Below are positions 22,987 through 37,722 of a stretch of DNA of 64,000 nt, piece after piece. Position 1 is the stretch's first letter, and the number at the start of each line of letters is the position of its first letter. The DNA comes from Basidiobolus meristosporus CBS 931.73 (taxonomy: Eukaryota > Fungi > Basidiobolomycota): contig MCFE01000386.1 in assembly GCA_002104905.1 (NCBI GenBank), positions 19,467 through 83,466 on the forward strand. Direction: 5' to 3'. The notes under the pieces are model-generated. The model was not told the DNA's origin. It did not search any database and saw only the letters and a list, made by a program, of their open reading frames with translations. The position numbers and the translations under genes are program-made.

Positions 22987-25900
22987 CTACTTGTGCACCC
23001 GGAAAATTCCCCAGTTCGATAATAGAAATTCCGTGTTCATTAGGCCAGTTCGATAAGCCCAGTCACCAGTGTAATTACTGGCATAGAATTCATTGGTGAT
23101 ACTGGTGCCTGTACTGATTCCACTGTTGACTGAAGAGACACCATGTTGCGGTGCCTTGAGCTGATCTTCCCAGGCGTGGCCGTGAAGATGGAACGGAAGC
23201 GGTCTTTCTTTGTCTAGACCGCTGACAACACGAAGATATTGTCGAACACCAGCCTGGGCATGGAAGATTGGCGTGGAGGGGTTACTATTCTGCAACCAGC
23301 TAGGTGCAGAGACTGGTTGGTTTCGGTAGTTCATTGCCTTCAGGCCCGAATCCTCGGCACCAATGCCTGCCTCATTTGGTACAGGAGTAGTGAAGTTTGC
23401 GAGGACTTGAACCGGACTGTCGTTGGCGTATGGGACAGGTTGGTTCTTTTCGCCATTTTGGAACAGGCGCAAGCCAGACTGTAAGAGCACCACCTTGTCT
23501 TGGTAAAGCAGTCTTCTGCGGTTCTCGGATTTACCATAGACATTGTTGCGGTAGTAAACATTGGCTTCTGCCCCGTGCCATTTGTCAGGTGTTTGGTGCG
23601 AGTCCAGGATCACCAGAGCTCCAATAAGCCCGTGATGCTTGTGGTTGCGAATGTCAGCGTGATCCTGAATCGGGAGAGCACCCAAATGCTGGTCGGCATA
23701 GAGACTGTAGGAGATTGTCTTCCCAGGGCCAACAGTCGAGTCCGGGTTGTAGCCGACATTCGTACCATCATCATATCTGACATCATGTTGTATGAGTGGT
23801 ACATGCATAGATACCCTATTTGACACCTTACGATTTGCATCATCTACTGGAACTCGAACAGGGAATGGCTCAGGCTCTAGCTGCTTCGGCAGAGCATTGT
23901 GCAGATGAATCAAAACACGCTCCCCTACCAGCCCTCTGATGATCAGCGGGTCGACATCCTTCCCGTTCACATTGAAGCACTCTCCGTTCTTGGGCTTGAT
24001 GATCTTGGTGGTGTGGGGATGTTGGTACCCAGTCAAGCAATAGATCAGCCCAAATGGATCACTCCACCCATCCGAGTTGTACACAATCTCCTGACGCTTT
24101 GCAGTCACGAAGTATTGGCGTTCACCAGTCACCTTGGATCTGAACTTGCTGGCTGCCCTGGTCAAGCTCTTGCCCACACCCTTGGACTGTCTCGTGTGTG
24201 CATACCGATATCTGGCGATGCTCTTCAGCAACGGCGAGTGGTAGAAGGATGATCTCCTTTCTTGAGAGTCAGGAATCGGAGGCAAGTGCTTCTGAGGGGA
24301 GTCATGAACACGAACAATGCCCCAGTTACCAAGCCATAGGTCATCCACACCACCCAGCTTGTAGAGATGATCACCAGCACTATAATCAGCCTGAACTCTG
24401 AATGTGAAACCTTCAGAGACTCCGATAGTTTGTTGATTAGTAACATTAACATGCGCAACATCTCTGAACTTTTGCCAGCGCATTCCGTGCATCTCAAAAC
24501 TATGGGCCTTATTATGCGAACCTTGCACTAAACGTATGATAATATTGTCCCCTCGGTAGGCTTCGAACAAAGTGGTCGAAGGATCCCCATACTTGTTCTT
24601 GCTACTGAACCACTCCGACGGGTCCAGTCCCTTTCTCTCGGATAAAGGCTCATTTCTGTAGTTCATCACCACTATACCTTGATCCTGTCTCATATTTTGG
24701 TTGGCAGGTGGATTGATTGCAGTGCCATTTGCATAAAATGCCGGGGTGAAATCGCCAATGAAGACAATCTTTTCTCTGAATGACTCTTCAGGACCAACCA
24801 CTATGGCACTTGTGGTGTACGGTTGTGGAGATTCTGCATTACGTGCGCTCAGGAACTTGGAGCCTTCAGGAGCCACCGGTGCCAATCCATAAAGCCCCTT
24901 CTTCTGACGATAGTTCGCAAACAAGTGGTCGTGGAAGAATACGTGACCCAGAGCATCGTCAATCCACCAACGATTCACTAGATACTTTCCGAACCGAGCC
25001 CCACTCATGTAGTTCCAACCAACAGACGCACCATCACTACTAAGCACATCAAACTTGACGAGATGTACGTGCATTCCTGCCTCACCTTCGTGTGCAACTG
25101 CCTTACATTTGGGGAACTCTTCATCAAATGGAGTGGCTGGGAATTCGTGTGGAAGGTGATTCGTGAACTGGCTTACTGCCACACTATGCTGCGTCACTCG
25201 CATTGCAAACGGCTCGTACTTGGCGGGACGACCAGTATCCGGCTTCACCGTCTCCGCCGCCGCATACATATGTCCATAAGGGTAGTGCCATCCGTATTTG
25301 TTGTATTCTACGTTTCGGGACAGAATGCTGACATTGAAGAAATCATGTTTGACCTCACGAGGTGTGGGGATCAGGGTGAAGAAGTTCCCTGGTTGAGGAT
25401 CCGAATTCATACTAGCCACCTCCAATTCGGTTGCTGGGCGATAGTCAGAACCTTTGGGGATCTTGCCTAAGAGCTCCTCTGGCCACGGGACCCTTGGGGA
25501 TTTCTGCCCGGGCGTACCAGCAATGAAGTTGGGGAAGCCTGGCTGGATCTCGCTCTTGTATGGCGGATGTGGTCTCCCTGGTAGTGGGATCAACTTGGGA
25601 ATAGGTTTACCGTCGGGATAAGTGTGGCTACCATCCTCGTAGCGGTCCAACACACGCATCATACTCCACATTCCTGTCTCGAAGTGAACGTACAAATGGC
25701 AATGGACGATGACATCGCCAATTGTCTTTAGTCTAGAGCCAGCACCGAAGTGGATATCCAAGTCCCAGGTGGTCAATGGGGACAAGGAGAAGGAGTCGAT
25801 GATGTCACTCTTACGATCACCTCTGCCTGAACTCCATTGATGGCCGTGCAAGTGGAACACGTGGGTCTCGGTAACACCAGTGTCGATCACTCTGTACCGC

Positions 25901-27056
25901 ACAGGATCTCCCGCGTATGCTCTGTAGATTGGGGTGGCTGGATCACCAAACAACCAGCTGGAATGGTGTTGTTCCTCACCGTTGACCTTGGATATCTTGC
26001 CAGCCTCCATCATTCGCCACAGCGCCAACTCCCGATTCTTCATTGGCTCCGAACGGTAGTTGAAGAAATTGATGATTGGATTCCTTGCGTAGCTTCTCCG
26101 GTACAGGGATCTTTCGTCGGGGCAGCGTTGTTCTTGATCCTCAACCGATCCTGGAAGAACATGGTGAACTCTCTGAAGGAGCAATCAGGATGTGAGTGCA
26201 TCCTCTCTTCTCCATAGAAGTCGGACACCTTCGGGCAACCTCCATGCATGGGGTAGGGATGGATATCAACATGGGTCCCATCCACGGTGGGCTTCCCGGT
26301 CACTGGATCAGTCCACAGGGAACCTTTTGGCTCTACAATGATGGCTCCGAACAGTCCATGAACCACAGTGCCTGTGGGGGATCCATCATAATCACCACCA
26401 TCGGCGATGAGGTAGGTTCCTTCCTTTAGGCAAGGCCATTCATACTCCTTCTCTTCGTCAGTGCTAAGGGTACTGACATAGTTATTCCCGACCGCAGTTC
26501 CATCGTTCTTTACGTTGTACCCGAAGAGCGAAGGGTGCATTCCGACTTTACGCCCTTTAACAAGGTTTGTGAATTTGACCCGCATCTTATCACCCTGGTT
26601 GCAGCGAAGTACCAAGGGATTGACGAGGGGGTGCATAGGCAAGTCGCTGGAATTCTGGCCTATCCGGGCTAGTATATCTTCCCTATAGGGGAGGAGCTCC
26701 CTCAGATTCTTCTTCAAGGTAAACATGGCACCGTTCTCATCATAGTCGCCCCATGCATTGACAACAAACGGCATATCTATCGCTACGACCTCATAGTGCC
26801 GGGTCTGTGGGACAAGTCGATGTGGTATGCGCTCCACACTACGATCGTACTCTCCATGTCGGTAGTGCGATCGAGCGCCGCTCTGGTGGCTCTGACGAGA
26901 CCGGCTATGACGAGAATGATGGTCTGACCGGTGTCTATATGCCGACACCTCCGGTAACAAGCACAACACAAGTAGGAGCAGAATCAAGTAGACCCCGGGA
27001 TGCATGCCCCGTTCCTGGCGACGCTCACACTTCGATGATCGATTGCTGAACATCAT
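22987..27056 (-). CDS. MnxG-like multicopper oxidase, copy 2; split by a one-base frameshift near 26081 (assembly error or pseudogene)
   Basis: ORFs 26040-27056 and 22987-26184 are collinear with copy 1. The offset between copies is 4621 bp on one side of the site and 4617 bp on the other (one codon plus one base missing). All copper-ligand motifs are intact and there are no other stops. Confidence 0.82.
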
Positions 27057-27111
27057 CAGTGGTACCAGAATCTACCTGAACTGATACCATTTGCCCATTA
27101 GCCACTCGATC

Positions 27112-27119
27112 TATTTATA
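27112..27119 (-). promoter_or_regulatory. TATA box of MCO copy 2
   Basis: TATAAATA on the minus strand, about 60 nt upstream of the MFSNR ATG. Confidence 0.5.
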
Positions 27120-28010
27120 CTCCGCTCGGTAACCACATTCACGAAACATCCGCAGTATGCGGGATTTAAGCTACAATGATTTGAATGAACTGATGTGTTC
27201 TAGGTGCAAACACTCGCCCACAGCCAAATCCAACCGTTTCACCCGCTTATGTTGGTCGAAATCGGCAGTTTGGAAACAACCGAATGAAACGTCGTTACGA
27301 GTCTTGGATGCCAATCTCATCGGGATGTTGGCAAATGGGCTCGGATGGCCCGTTCCTGTACATTTCAAAGTGAGACTAACCTCTGTCAAAGCTCACTCCA
27401 CCAACGAGCCCACTCAACAAACTCCGCATGACGATTGTCAGCTTTGTCACCGCTACGGTTGAACTAATACATTTAATGATAGTAGAGAAAAGCAAGTATG
27501 GAGGTTCAAAAGCAAATTACACAAAAAATAACATACGGCTAATTGTTGGGTTCTATCTTCGTCTAGTGCCATGGTGTGGAATCATTAAAAAAAGGTAGAA
27601 GATGACGAAAATAAAAATACATGGGGCAAAAAATTGACACAGGGGGAAATCATAATGTGAAGATGCGGCTTCTATATTGTAACAGTTCGGCTATGCAAAA
27701 ATCAAAAACAGGGTGGATGGATTATATGCACATGTAATAAATGGATCATTACATGATGTTCGTCATGTGAAGCAGCTTCACACACCATCCACGCTCAGTA
27801 TCTTGATATATCTTGAGATATAGCGGCCGCGTGACATCATTTTATCATCGTCGTCTTCGAAAAGGTCCTGCCCAGACAGGCAAGTAGGAAAAGGTATTGA
27901 ATGCTTGAACGAAGCTAGTGTACAATAATGCGCGTGGGATAAGACAAATTTCAAAGAGATCACCTGCTCTTTTCCCTCCGGAGGCTCTACAAATCTAGAA
28001 AATCATTGGC

Positions 28011-30060
<2,050 letters not shown>

Positions 30061-30770
30061 TATGTTGGGAAAAAGGTAGGATTATTGAACAAAGAAAAAG
30101 TAGATAAATTATCCTCTTTAGGATAGGAAAGGAGAGAGAATAAATGCACCCCTATGACACTTAAAAGGAAGCTATATGAAAGGGGTGAACACTCGATGGA
30201 AAATAGCCAATCTTCAGGGGGTCCGGTTTTTTTTTCAGTGTTTTCATGATTGGGCCTTTGAATGAAGTGAATTCCTTCAACTATGATTGTCTAATGAAGT
30301 CAACCGACACCAAGATTAATTTGATGAAACCCCATATCGCAGTTTTTTCCGGAACGCAGAGGCAATCCATTGGTCCATCTTAGATAAGAACTACGAGAAT
30401 AACCAAGCTAATATCCCTGGGGCACAAGCTCAGCCTACCATTGGCCCAATCTGGATTCTGACATGATTTTTTTTTATGTCTGCTTGAATGTTACTTACGG
30501 GCTAGTGTGGTGATTTTGATCTTGTATACATGGTTGTCCCAAAAAGGCTTTGTTGATCTTATGATATTAAGTGTTACTCTAAAGCTTATCGACCGCTAAC
30601 TGGCTTAACTTATGCCTTGTTCCCATTGTTCGCATTGTTCCTCGGTTTGCTCCATTTGCTCGGGATCTAATTGATTGGCTGGGTTGGTCGTGTCAAATGT
30701 CTCCGGAAAATACTTTTCTTTATTGCACTGTAAACGTTGTGCTTGGCCAAAATCACTCATACCAAAGATC

Positions 30771-31705
30771 ATGTCCTCCAGAACTTATGCTGAACGCGCT
30801 GCTGCTCACCCCAATCCTCTGGCTAAAGGAGTTCCTAGAGCTTATGGAGCGCAAGAAGTCCAACCTTTCTATCGCTGCCGATGTGTCCAGCAAGAAGGAG
30901 CTCCTTGAGTTGGCCGACGTGTTGGGCCCCTACATTTGTCTTTTCAAGGTTGCCTTTCTATGTCTTCAATTCTCTAACCTCACACCTGTCTGACCAGTTT
31001 TCGCCTCTCAGACCCACATTGATATTGTTGATGACTTCGACCAAGATCTTGTGGACCAACTTTCCGCTTTGGCCTTGAAGCACGATTTCATGATTTTCGA
31101 GGACCGCAAGTTCGCTGATATCGGTTGGTGTTAAATTTACCCACTGCTCTTGACTGCAATGAAGGCTTATCACGGGAAATTGTTGCTGACCACTAAACTC
31201 TCCAGGGAATACTGTCAAAAATCAATATTCTTCCGGGGTTTACCACATTGCTTCATGGTCTCATATCACCAACTGCCACCCACTTCCTGGTGAAGGGATT
31301 ATCAGCGGCTTGAAAGAAGTCGGTCTCCCATTGAACCGAGGCCTGCTTTTGCTCGCCGAGATGTCCTCTGCTGGTTCGTTGGCGACCGGTGAATATACCA
31401 AGATCTCTGTTGAGATGGCCCGTCGTCACAAAGACTTCGTCATTGGATTTGTTGCCGGACGTCGCTTAACCGAGGAGTCCGAGAACTTCATCTATTTTAC
31501 TCCTGGTGTTGGTCTTGATACTACCGGAGATGGCTTGGGCCAACAATACCGCACCCCCCGCAATGTGATTCTCGAGTGCGGCTCTGATGTGATTATTGTT
31601 GGACGTGGTATCTATGGTCCAGGCAAGGATCGTATTGCCCAAGCTAAGCGTTATCGCGAGGCTGGGTGGAGCGCCTATTTAGAGAAGATCGGCCACTCTG
31701 CCTAA
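30771..31705 (+). CDS. URA3: Orotidine-5'-phosphate decarboxylase, with an apparent extra base at 30825-30827
   Basis: [19 protein letters not shown] continues as [19 protein letters not shown] only after a one-base shift. Then [48 protein letters not shown]. Two introns. Confidence 0.93.
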
Positions 31706-31845
31706 GCTAAAGTGGGTACTATGTTTGGCTAATAAAAAACCCTATCCTCTCTTTGAAGGCATATACATGATATGTAAATAAAATGAATGATAAGGTTAAG
31801 ATGGGAACATGCATTTATTTGTATATAGTGTTCTTCACCTTTACT

Positions 31846-32397
31846 TTATGATTCAACGCTCAATGTGGAAACTCCAATCAGCCCAACATCTTCTATTAAC
31901 CCAGTGAGCCAGACGCTAATCTCAATCTGACCAAGTCTGTAGATCGCAAGATCACTGGACTGAAAGTATTGGTCAAAGACCTTCTTTAGGTTGGAAAACT
32001 TTGAAGAATCTTCGAGGGCGTCGAAGAAAGCCCCAAAGGAGGTTTGCGTTTCGGCAACAGGTGCGTCAAGTTTAATCAGCTGGGAGAATTCCTCGACGGA
32101 CGGGAGTTTGGTGGTGGAGAGGCGCTTCTCGGATATTTTGCTGGATGGAATGAAGAAGAAGGTGAACGGATAGTCTGCTTCACTGATATAAAGCAAATCC
32201 TCGGTGGCGTCTAGGAGGTCGGTCCGGATCTGCTTCACCAACTCCGGATTCTTGCTGTGCTCGACCTCGACCTCGTCCTCGACCTCAGAAGCCTGACTTT
32301 CGTCTTGTGCGACATTTTCCTGGCGCTTTTGGGCAAGCTCCTTGTCGGTCTTGTTTTGTTTTTGAAGAAAAGCCAAGTAATCGGAATCTGAGCTCAT
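31846..32397 (-). CDS. Nuclease A inhibitor-like (NuiA family) protein
   Basis: LLDATEDLLYISEADYPFTFFF and IYRLGQIEISVWLTG...LIGVSTLSVES-COOH match the NuiA pattern. N-terminal MSSDSDYLAFLQKQN and an acidic linker; intronless. Confidence 0.72.
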   Translation of the reverse strand: MSSDSDYLAFLQKQNKTDKELAQKRQENVAQDESQASEVEDEVEVEHSKNPELVKQIRTDLLDATEDLLYISEADYPFTFFFIPSSKISEKRLSTTKLPSVEEFSQLIKLDAPVAETQTSFGAFFDALEDSSKFSNLKKVFDQYFQSSDLAIYRLGQIEISVWLTGLIEDVGLIGVSTLSVES

Positions 32398-33314
32398 TGT
32401 GGGTCAAGTCTAAGGTTGTCGAGAAAGGGATTTCGCTATTTTTACCAGCAGTGACTGTAGTTCGTCATAGCATAAATGCGGGTAAGTGTAATTCAAAAGT
32501 GCTGGTATGACATCACCAGATATTTGAGGCTTGGCGAAGAATTCAACTAACTAAAAATCGATGGTTATTTCTAAGAACTGGGCTAAAAATACGTCAAATT
32601 GATCATTGGAGAATTGATTTCAACTTCTCATTTTGATGCATAAATGATGGTTTCTAAATATACAGATCATGTAAGGGGGATGTATATCTCACGAAGTCCC
32701 ATTAGGGGCAGCTTTGGTCTAAATAGGTGCAGCATTAATTACTTGGTTGAGCTGTAGTTAGTAGAACCTACTGCATGTATAAAAAGGGGTCATGTGCCAG
32801 AAGTCACCATCGTGTAATTCCCTTTTCATTTCCAACCCATATCCTCCCTTGGACCTAATGGACACAAACTGGTGTATAATATGCGACAAGCACACCCAGG
32901 TATGTTTATCCTCAAGACGTGTCCAACGACCAGATTGCTAACTGAACATATGTCGATAGGGCGGTATCTATTGTAGTCACCAGTGTAAACTCCAAGACGC
33001 TCAATCATCCAGTCTATACTGTAATCACACTGGGGGGCACACTGGTAGGCCTAGGAGGGACAATGTAATCTCGACAAAAATTTGGTCCCCACGCCTCGTT
33101 AATAGAAGAAGGGGTTTTCGTTCTTCTGTATATACAGAGAATGGTTCGCTTAATACCTCTATACGTACTTCGCCCTCTTTAGTACTTATTTTGTAAACAT
33201 AATGTCAACCCATAGTGAAAACACCCCTGGCGGGATTGCTTCACTAATAAAGCCTCCAGAATAATCACAACAGCGTACGTTTGTAAGCTCTTTATTCAAA
33301 TATCATCAACAAAT

Positions 33315-34896
33315 TTACACAATGTAGGTTGAGCTACTCACATTTCCACCCTTTCCTGTCCAGTTGGTATGGACATAGGTACCTGGCTTGTCAAGTAGCT
33401 CGTAGGTATGTGCACCGAAATAGTCACGCTGTGCTTGCAGTAGGCTAGCAGGGAGAGTACCAGTGCGGTATCCATCATAGAAAGCTAACCCAGTAGAGAT
33501 GGCGGGCAATGATATGCCAAGGGTGACCGCTTGTGAAACGACCACTCTCCAATCCTTATGGGATTCGGCAAGGGCTTTGCGGAAGAAATCATCAAATAGC
33601 AAGGATTCAAGTTTCTGGTTTTTTTGATAAGCGTTTCGGATGTCTCCCAAGAAGGCACTTCTGATAATACAGCCACCACGCCACATAAGAGCAATGCCGC
33701 CATAGTTAAGCTCCCAATCATTTTCTTTGGCCGCTTCTCTTAACAACATGAAGCCTTGAGTGTATGAAATAATCTTGGAAGCGTATAACGCTTTGCCTAT
33801 TTGTCTGGTAAATTCCTTCTTGTCGCCGGTAAATTTGGCGTCTGGGCCATCTAGAATTTTACTGGCCCTTACACGCTCATCTTTCAGTGCTGAGAGACAG
33901 CGCGAGAACACAGCTTCTCCAATCAAGGTGATAGGAACGCCCATGTCGAGGGCAGATATGGCAGTCCACTTTCCTGTTCCCTTTTGGCCAGCAGTGTCGC
34001 GAATCTTGGTGACGAGGGGCTTGCCGTCGGTATCCTTGAATCTTACGATGTCGCGGGTGATTTCAATCAGGTACGAATCCAATTCACCTTTGTTCCATCC
34101 CTCAAAGACATCGCCTATTTCTTCATGGGTAAGGCCAAGTCCATCCTTCAGCAGGCTGTAGGCTTCGCAAATTAATTGCATATCACCATACTCGATTCCG
34201 TTGTGGACCATCTTGACATAGTGCCCGGCACCTGTGCCGCCAACCCAGTCACAGCAGGGCTCGCCATCAGCTTTGGCGGAAATCGCTTGGAAGATCGGTC
34301 TGATGTGTTCCCAGGCCTGGACGGAGCCTCCAGGCATAAGACTTGGGCCATATCGTGCCCCTTCTTCACCACCCGAAACGCCACAGCCAACAAAGTAGAA
34401 TCCCTTGGATTCAAGCTCTTTACATCTCCGAAGAGTATCGGGAAAGTGGGAGTTACCACCATCAATGATGATGTCGCCCTTTTCCAAGTGGGGGACGATC
34501 TGTTCAATGAATGAGTCCACAGCAGAACCGGCCTTGACCATCAACATCACTCTTCTGGGGCTCTTTAGCTTTTTGCACATCTCCTCGATACTGTGGGCTC
34601 CGATGATCTTTGTTCCTACAGAGTATTACCAATATAAATACGCATCTACGACAGGCCAGAGCCGGAGATACTCACCCTTTGCTTCGTTGTTCAAAAAGTC
34701 ATCGACCTTCGATACGGTTCTGTTGAATGCACAGACAACGAATCCATGGTCATTCATGTTGAGGATTAAGTTCTGACCCATCACGGCGAGGCCGATCACG
34801 GCAATATCGGCACTAGACACACAAAGAGCGAGGTTAGTTCCAGAGCTTGCACTGTGGATAGTTTAGAAAGCTCACTGACGTAGCATCTTTGGACAT
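33315..34896 (-). CDS. GND1: 6-phosphogluconate dehydrogenase, decarboxylating
   Basis: ADIAVIGLAVMGQNLILNMNDHG, VSGGEEGARYGPSLMPGG, GHYVKMVHNGIEYGDMQLI, QKGTGKWT, WRGGCIIRS, QAQRDYFGAHTY. Two 5' introns; start inferred as MSKDAT. Confidence 0.97.
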
Positions 34897-35506
34897 TTTG
34901 GACGGGTTTGATATGAAAACAAGAGTATTCGGTTTTGTCGGGCTGGTCTTGCCTCGTATTTATATGGATACCGGGGAGATGACGAATAAGCTGACGTTTA
35001 TCTTCACCAAGTTCCATTTGTTGTTGGGTATCTCTTTACTAAGATTCGGATTACAAAAAACAATACCGATTAACCCGCTTTGAAACCAGCCACTAAGACT
35101 GGCTACTGAGAGATGGATGGGCACCCGTGTGCTGGTGATTGGGACATAAATAACCCAGTCACAAATGGCATGTTATTGATGTTCTATTGGGCTGGATGAG
35201 TGAGCGTATAATCACATCAATTTACCCAACCAAGCAACTGGCGTCGGCTAATTATCACAATTTAGAGGGTATTTCCGTTCGAGTGAGGGTTGCCATCATG
35301 TTCAATGCTAAGATTATTTCAATACGTAATCTCAAATAGGCTGGTCTCGAATCGGTGTTTGATTGGTTCTCTCCATCATAGTAACTCGAATGAGTGGCAG
35401 CAATTGCTGAGAGTACGTGATAACGATCAGAATCAGTAATCGTGTTGTATATAGGAGTTTGGGTACTCTTTGTTTCTTCGTAATATACTCTCAAGCTCTT
35501 GAAACA

Positions 35507-37722
35507 ATGCCAGTCTTAAAAGGTAGCTCCCTCACCGTTTCTTGCTCGACTGTATCAATACTAAATGTTACGACTCCAGTGAACGTGAAATGGGCTGGAA
35601 AGAAGTTCGACAACATTGAACTAAATCCGGACGAATCTCCAGCATTGTTCAAAGCCCAGCTGTATACACTGACAGGTGTTGAACCAGAGCGGCAGAAGAT
35701 TCTCGTCAAGGGCGGAACCCTAAAGGTGACTAGCGTTTATTGCTTCCTTAGTATCTGGATAGCGCTGATGAATTATTTCTAGGATGACACGGATCTTAAC
35801 AAGCTCAATCTCAAACAAGTATGAATTTCCTATTGTTTATTTATTTTGGCCGCTAATTAACGTACCTCTCAAGGGCCACACATTCATGGTAACATTCGCC
35901 AACGTCATGTACTTTGCGAGAATCTCTATTTAACTCGTTCATGAAGATGATGGGCACTGCTGGTGAACTTCCAAAAGCCCCAGAAAAGCCGATCGTGTTT
36001 ATGGAGGACATGTCGGATAACGAACTTGCCCGTGCTGTACGTAAATCCTGCTATGGAATCTGTCTCTTCTCATTACTCAACTTTCAACCTAGCTCGAGGT
36101 ACCAATGGGCCTTCAGAATCTTGGAAACACATGCTACATGGTTAGTGTTACTTGACATAGTGGGTGTGGTTGTGCCACTTTTTCTAATGTGTGCTTGGCT
36201 AGAATTCAACACTGCAATGCCTTCGAGTGATGCCCGAATTAAAGGAATCGTTGAACAGGTAAACCGGTGAAAATCAACCACATACTTGCAAGCAGCTAAC
36301 TGACCGGACTCGGACTTAGATTTAATGGCAATGTTGTTGGTGGTGTCGACCCATCCAATAATCTTGTGGCTTCGTTGAGAGACTTGTTCAAGCAGCTCGA
36401 CCAATCTGGGGATAGCATAGCACCATTGGTGTTTCTCCAGATGTTGAGAACCGTATACCCTAAATTCTCTCAACAGGAAGCCGGGGGGATTTTCATGCAG
36501 CAAGATGCTGAGGAGTGTTGGACCTCTCTCGTATCAGTACTGAAAGAAAAGTTGGGCTCGTCTGTAGATGCCCAAAACTTCGTCGACCAGTACATGTACG
36601 GAGAATTCACCACAACGTAAGAGTTGCTACCTGGATTGAGTCAATCGTATACGCTACTCACTCTTCTTTAGTCTGAAATGTGACGAGAACGCTGAGGAAG
36701 AGCCTTCGATCTCCGCCGAGCAATTCGCCAAGTTGGACTGCTTTATTTCCGGACGTAAGTGTGTTCATTTGATTTCGTGTTCGTCGCGGTATGCTGATTT
36801 GCTTCAAACCAGAAACCAACTTCATGCAGCAGGGCATTACTGAGGTGAGCATTTACAGCCGTATCTATCCCTGGGTCATGCTAATTTGTACCCCTAGGGC
36901 CTCGAGCAAAAGATCGAGAAGAATTCGCCCTCTCTGGGTCGGTCTGCCTCGTACACCAAATCATCCAAAGTCAGCCGGTTGCCAGCCTATCTTGCCGTCA
37001 ACTTCGTCAGATTCTTCTGGAAGCCCACTGAGCGCATCAAGACCAAGATTCTCAGAGTAAATACATTCGACTGTCTCTTACTAGTTTGCCCTCGCTCATG
37101 ACCATAACCTTCACGCAGAAAGTCAAATTCCCCTTCGATTTGGATATGACACAATTCTGCACGCCAGATCTTCAAGAAAAAATCGCCCCTGTCAAGAGCA
37201 GGCTTCTAGAGCTTGAAGACAAGCGCCAAGCGGAAGTGGTAAGTGTTATCACTGCAGTGGATTGGCCAGAAAATGTATTGAGTCGTCTCCTCCTTAGCGT
37301 AAGGCCAAGCTCGCCAAAAGCAACCCTGGCACTGGAGAAAGCAGCACCAGCATGGATGTTGACCAACCCGTAGAAGAGGCGGTCTCTTTTGACGACATCA
37401 TGCACAAGGACTTGGCATCTGATCTGGGCTGTAACCCAAGTGGACAATACGAGCTTTGCGCTGTGCTAACTCACATGGGCAGAACTGCCGATTCTGGGCA
37501 TTACATCGCCTGGGTCAAGAAAGCAGACAGCGGTATGTAACATCGAAGCACCACAGAGAGCCCATGGTTGCGAGCTGACCTTTTTGCATTACAGACGACT
37601 GGCTGAAATACGACGACGACAAAGTGTCCATTGTCAAGCAAGACGAGATCACCAAGCTAGATGGCGGTGGGGACTGGCACATCGCGTACATCTGCCTCTA
37701 CCGCTCCAAAAAACTTGCTTAA
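35507..37722 (+). CDS. UBP6: Proteasome-associated deubiquitinase Ubp6/USP14, multi-exon
   Basis: UBL domain (VNVKWAGKKF...LTGVEPERQKILVKGG), Cys box GLQNLGNTCY, QQDAEECW, His box THMGRTADSGHYIAWV, end GGGDWHIAYICLYRSK. Confidence 0.95.

Noticed and set aside
26070-26100. Programmed -1 frameshift or micro-intron in MCO copy 2
   Set aside because: No X XXY YYZ slippery site; the nearby GT-AG spans are 9, 12 and 21 nt, too short and frame-neutral.
18366-27056. MCO duplication as a pure assembly artefact, or the genes as ordinary laccases
   Set aside because: N-termini, domain 1 and several loops differ substantially between copies. Length and ligand order do not fit three-domain laccases or Fet3.
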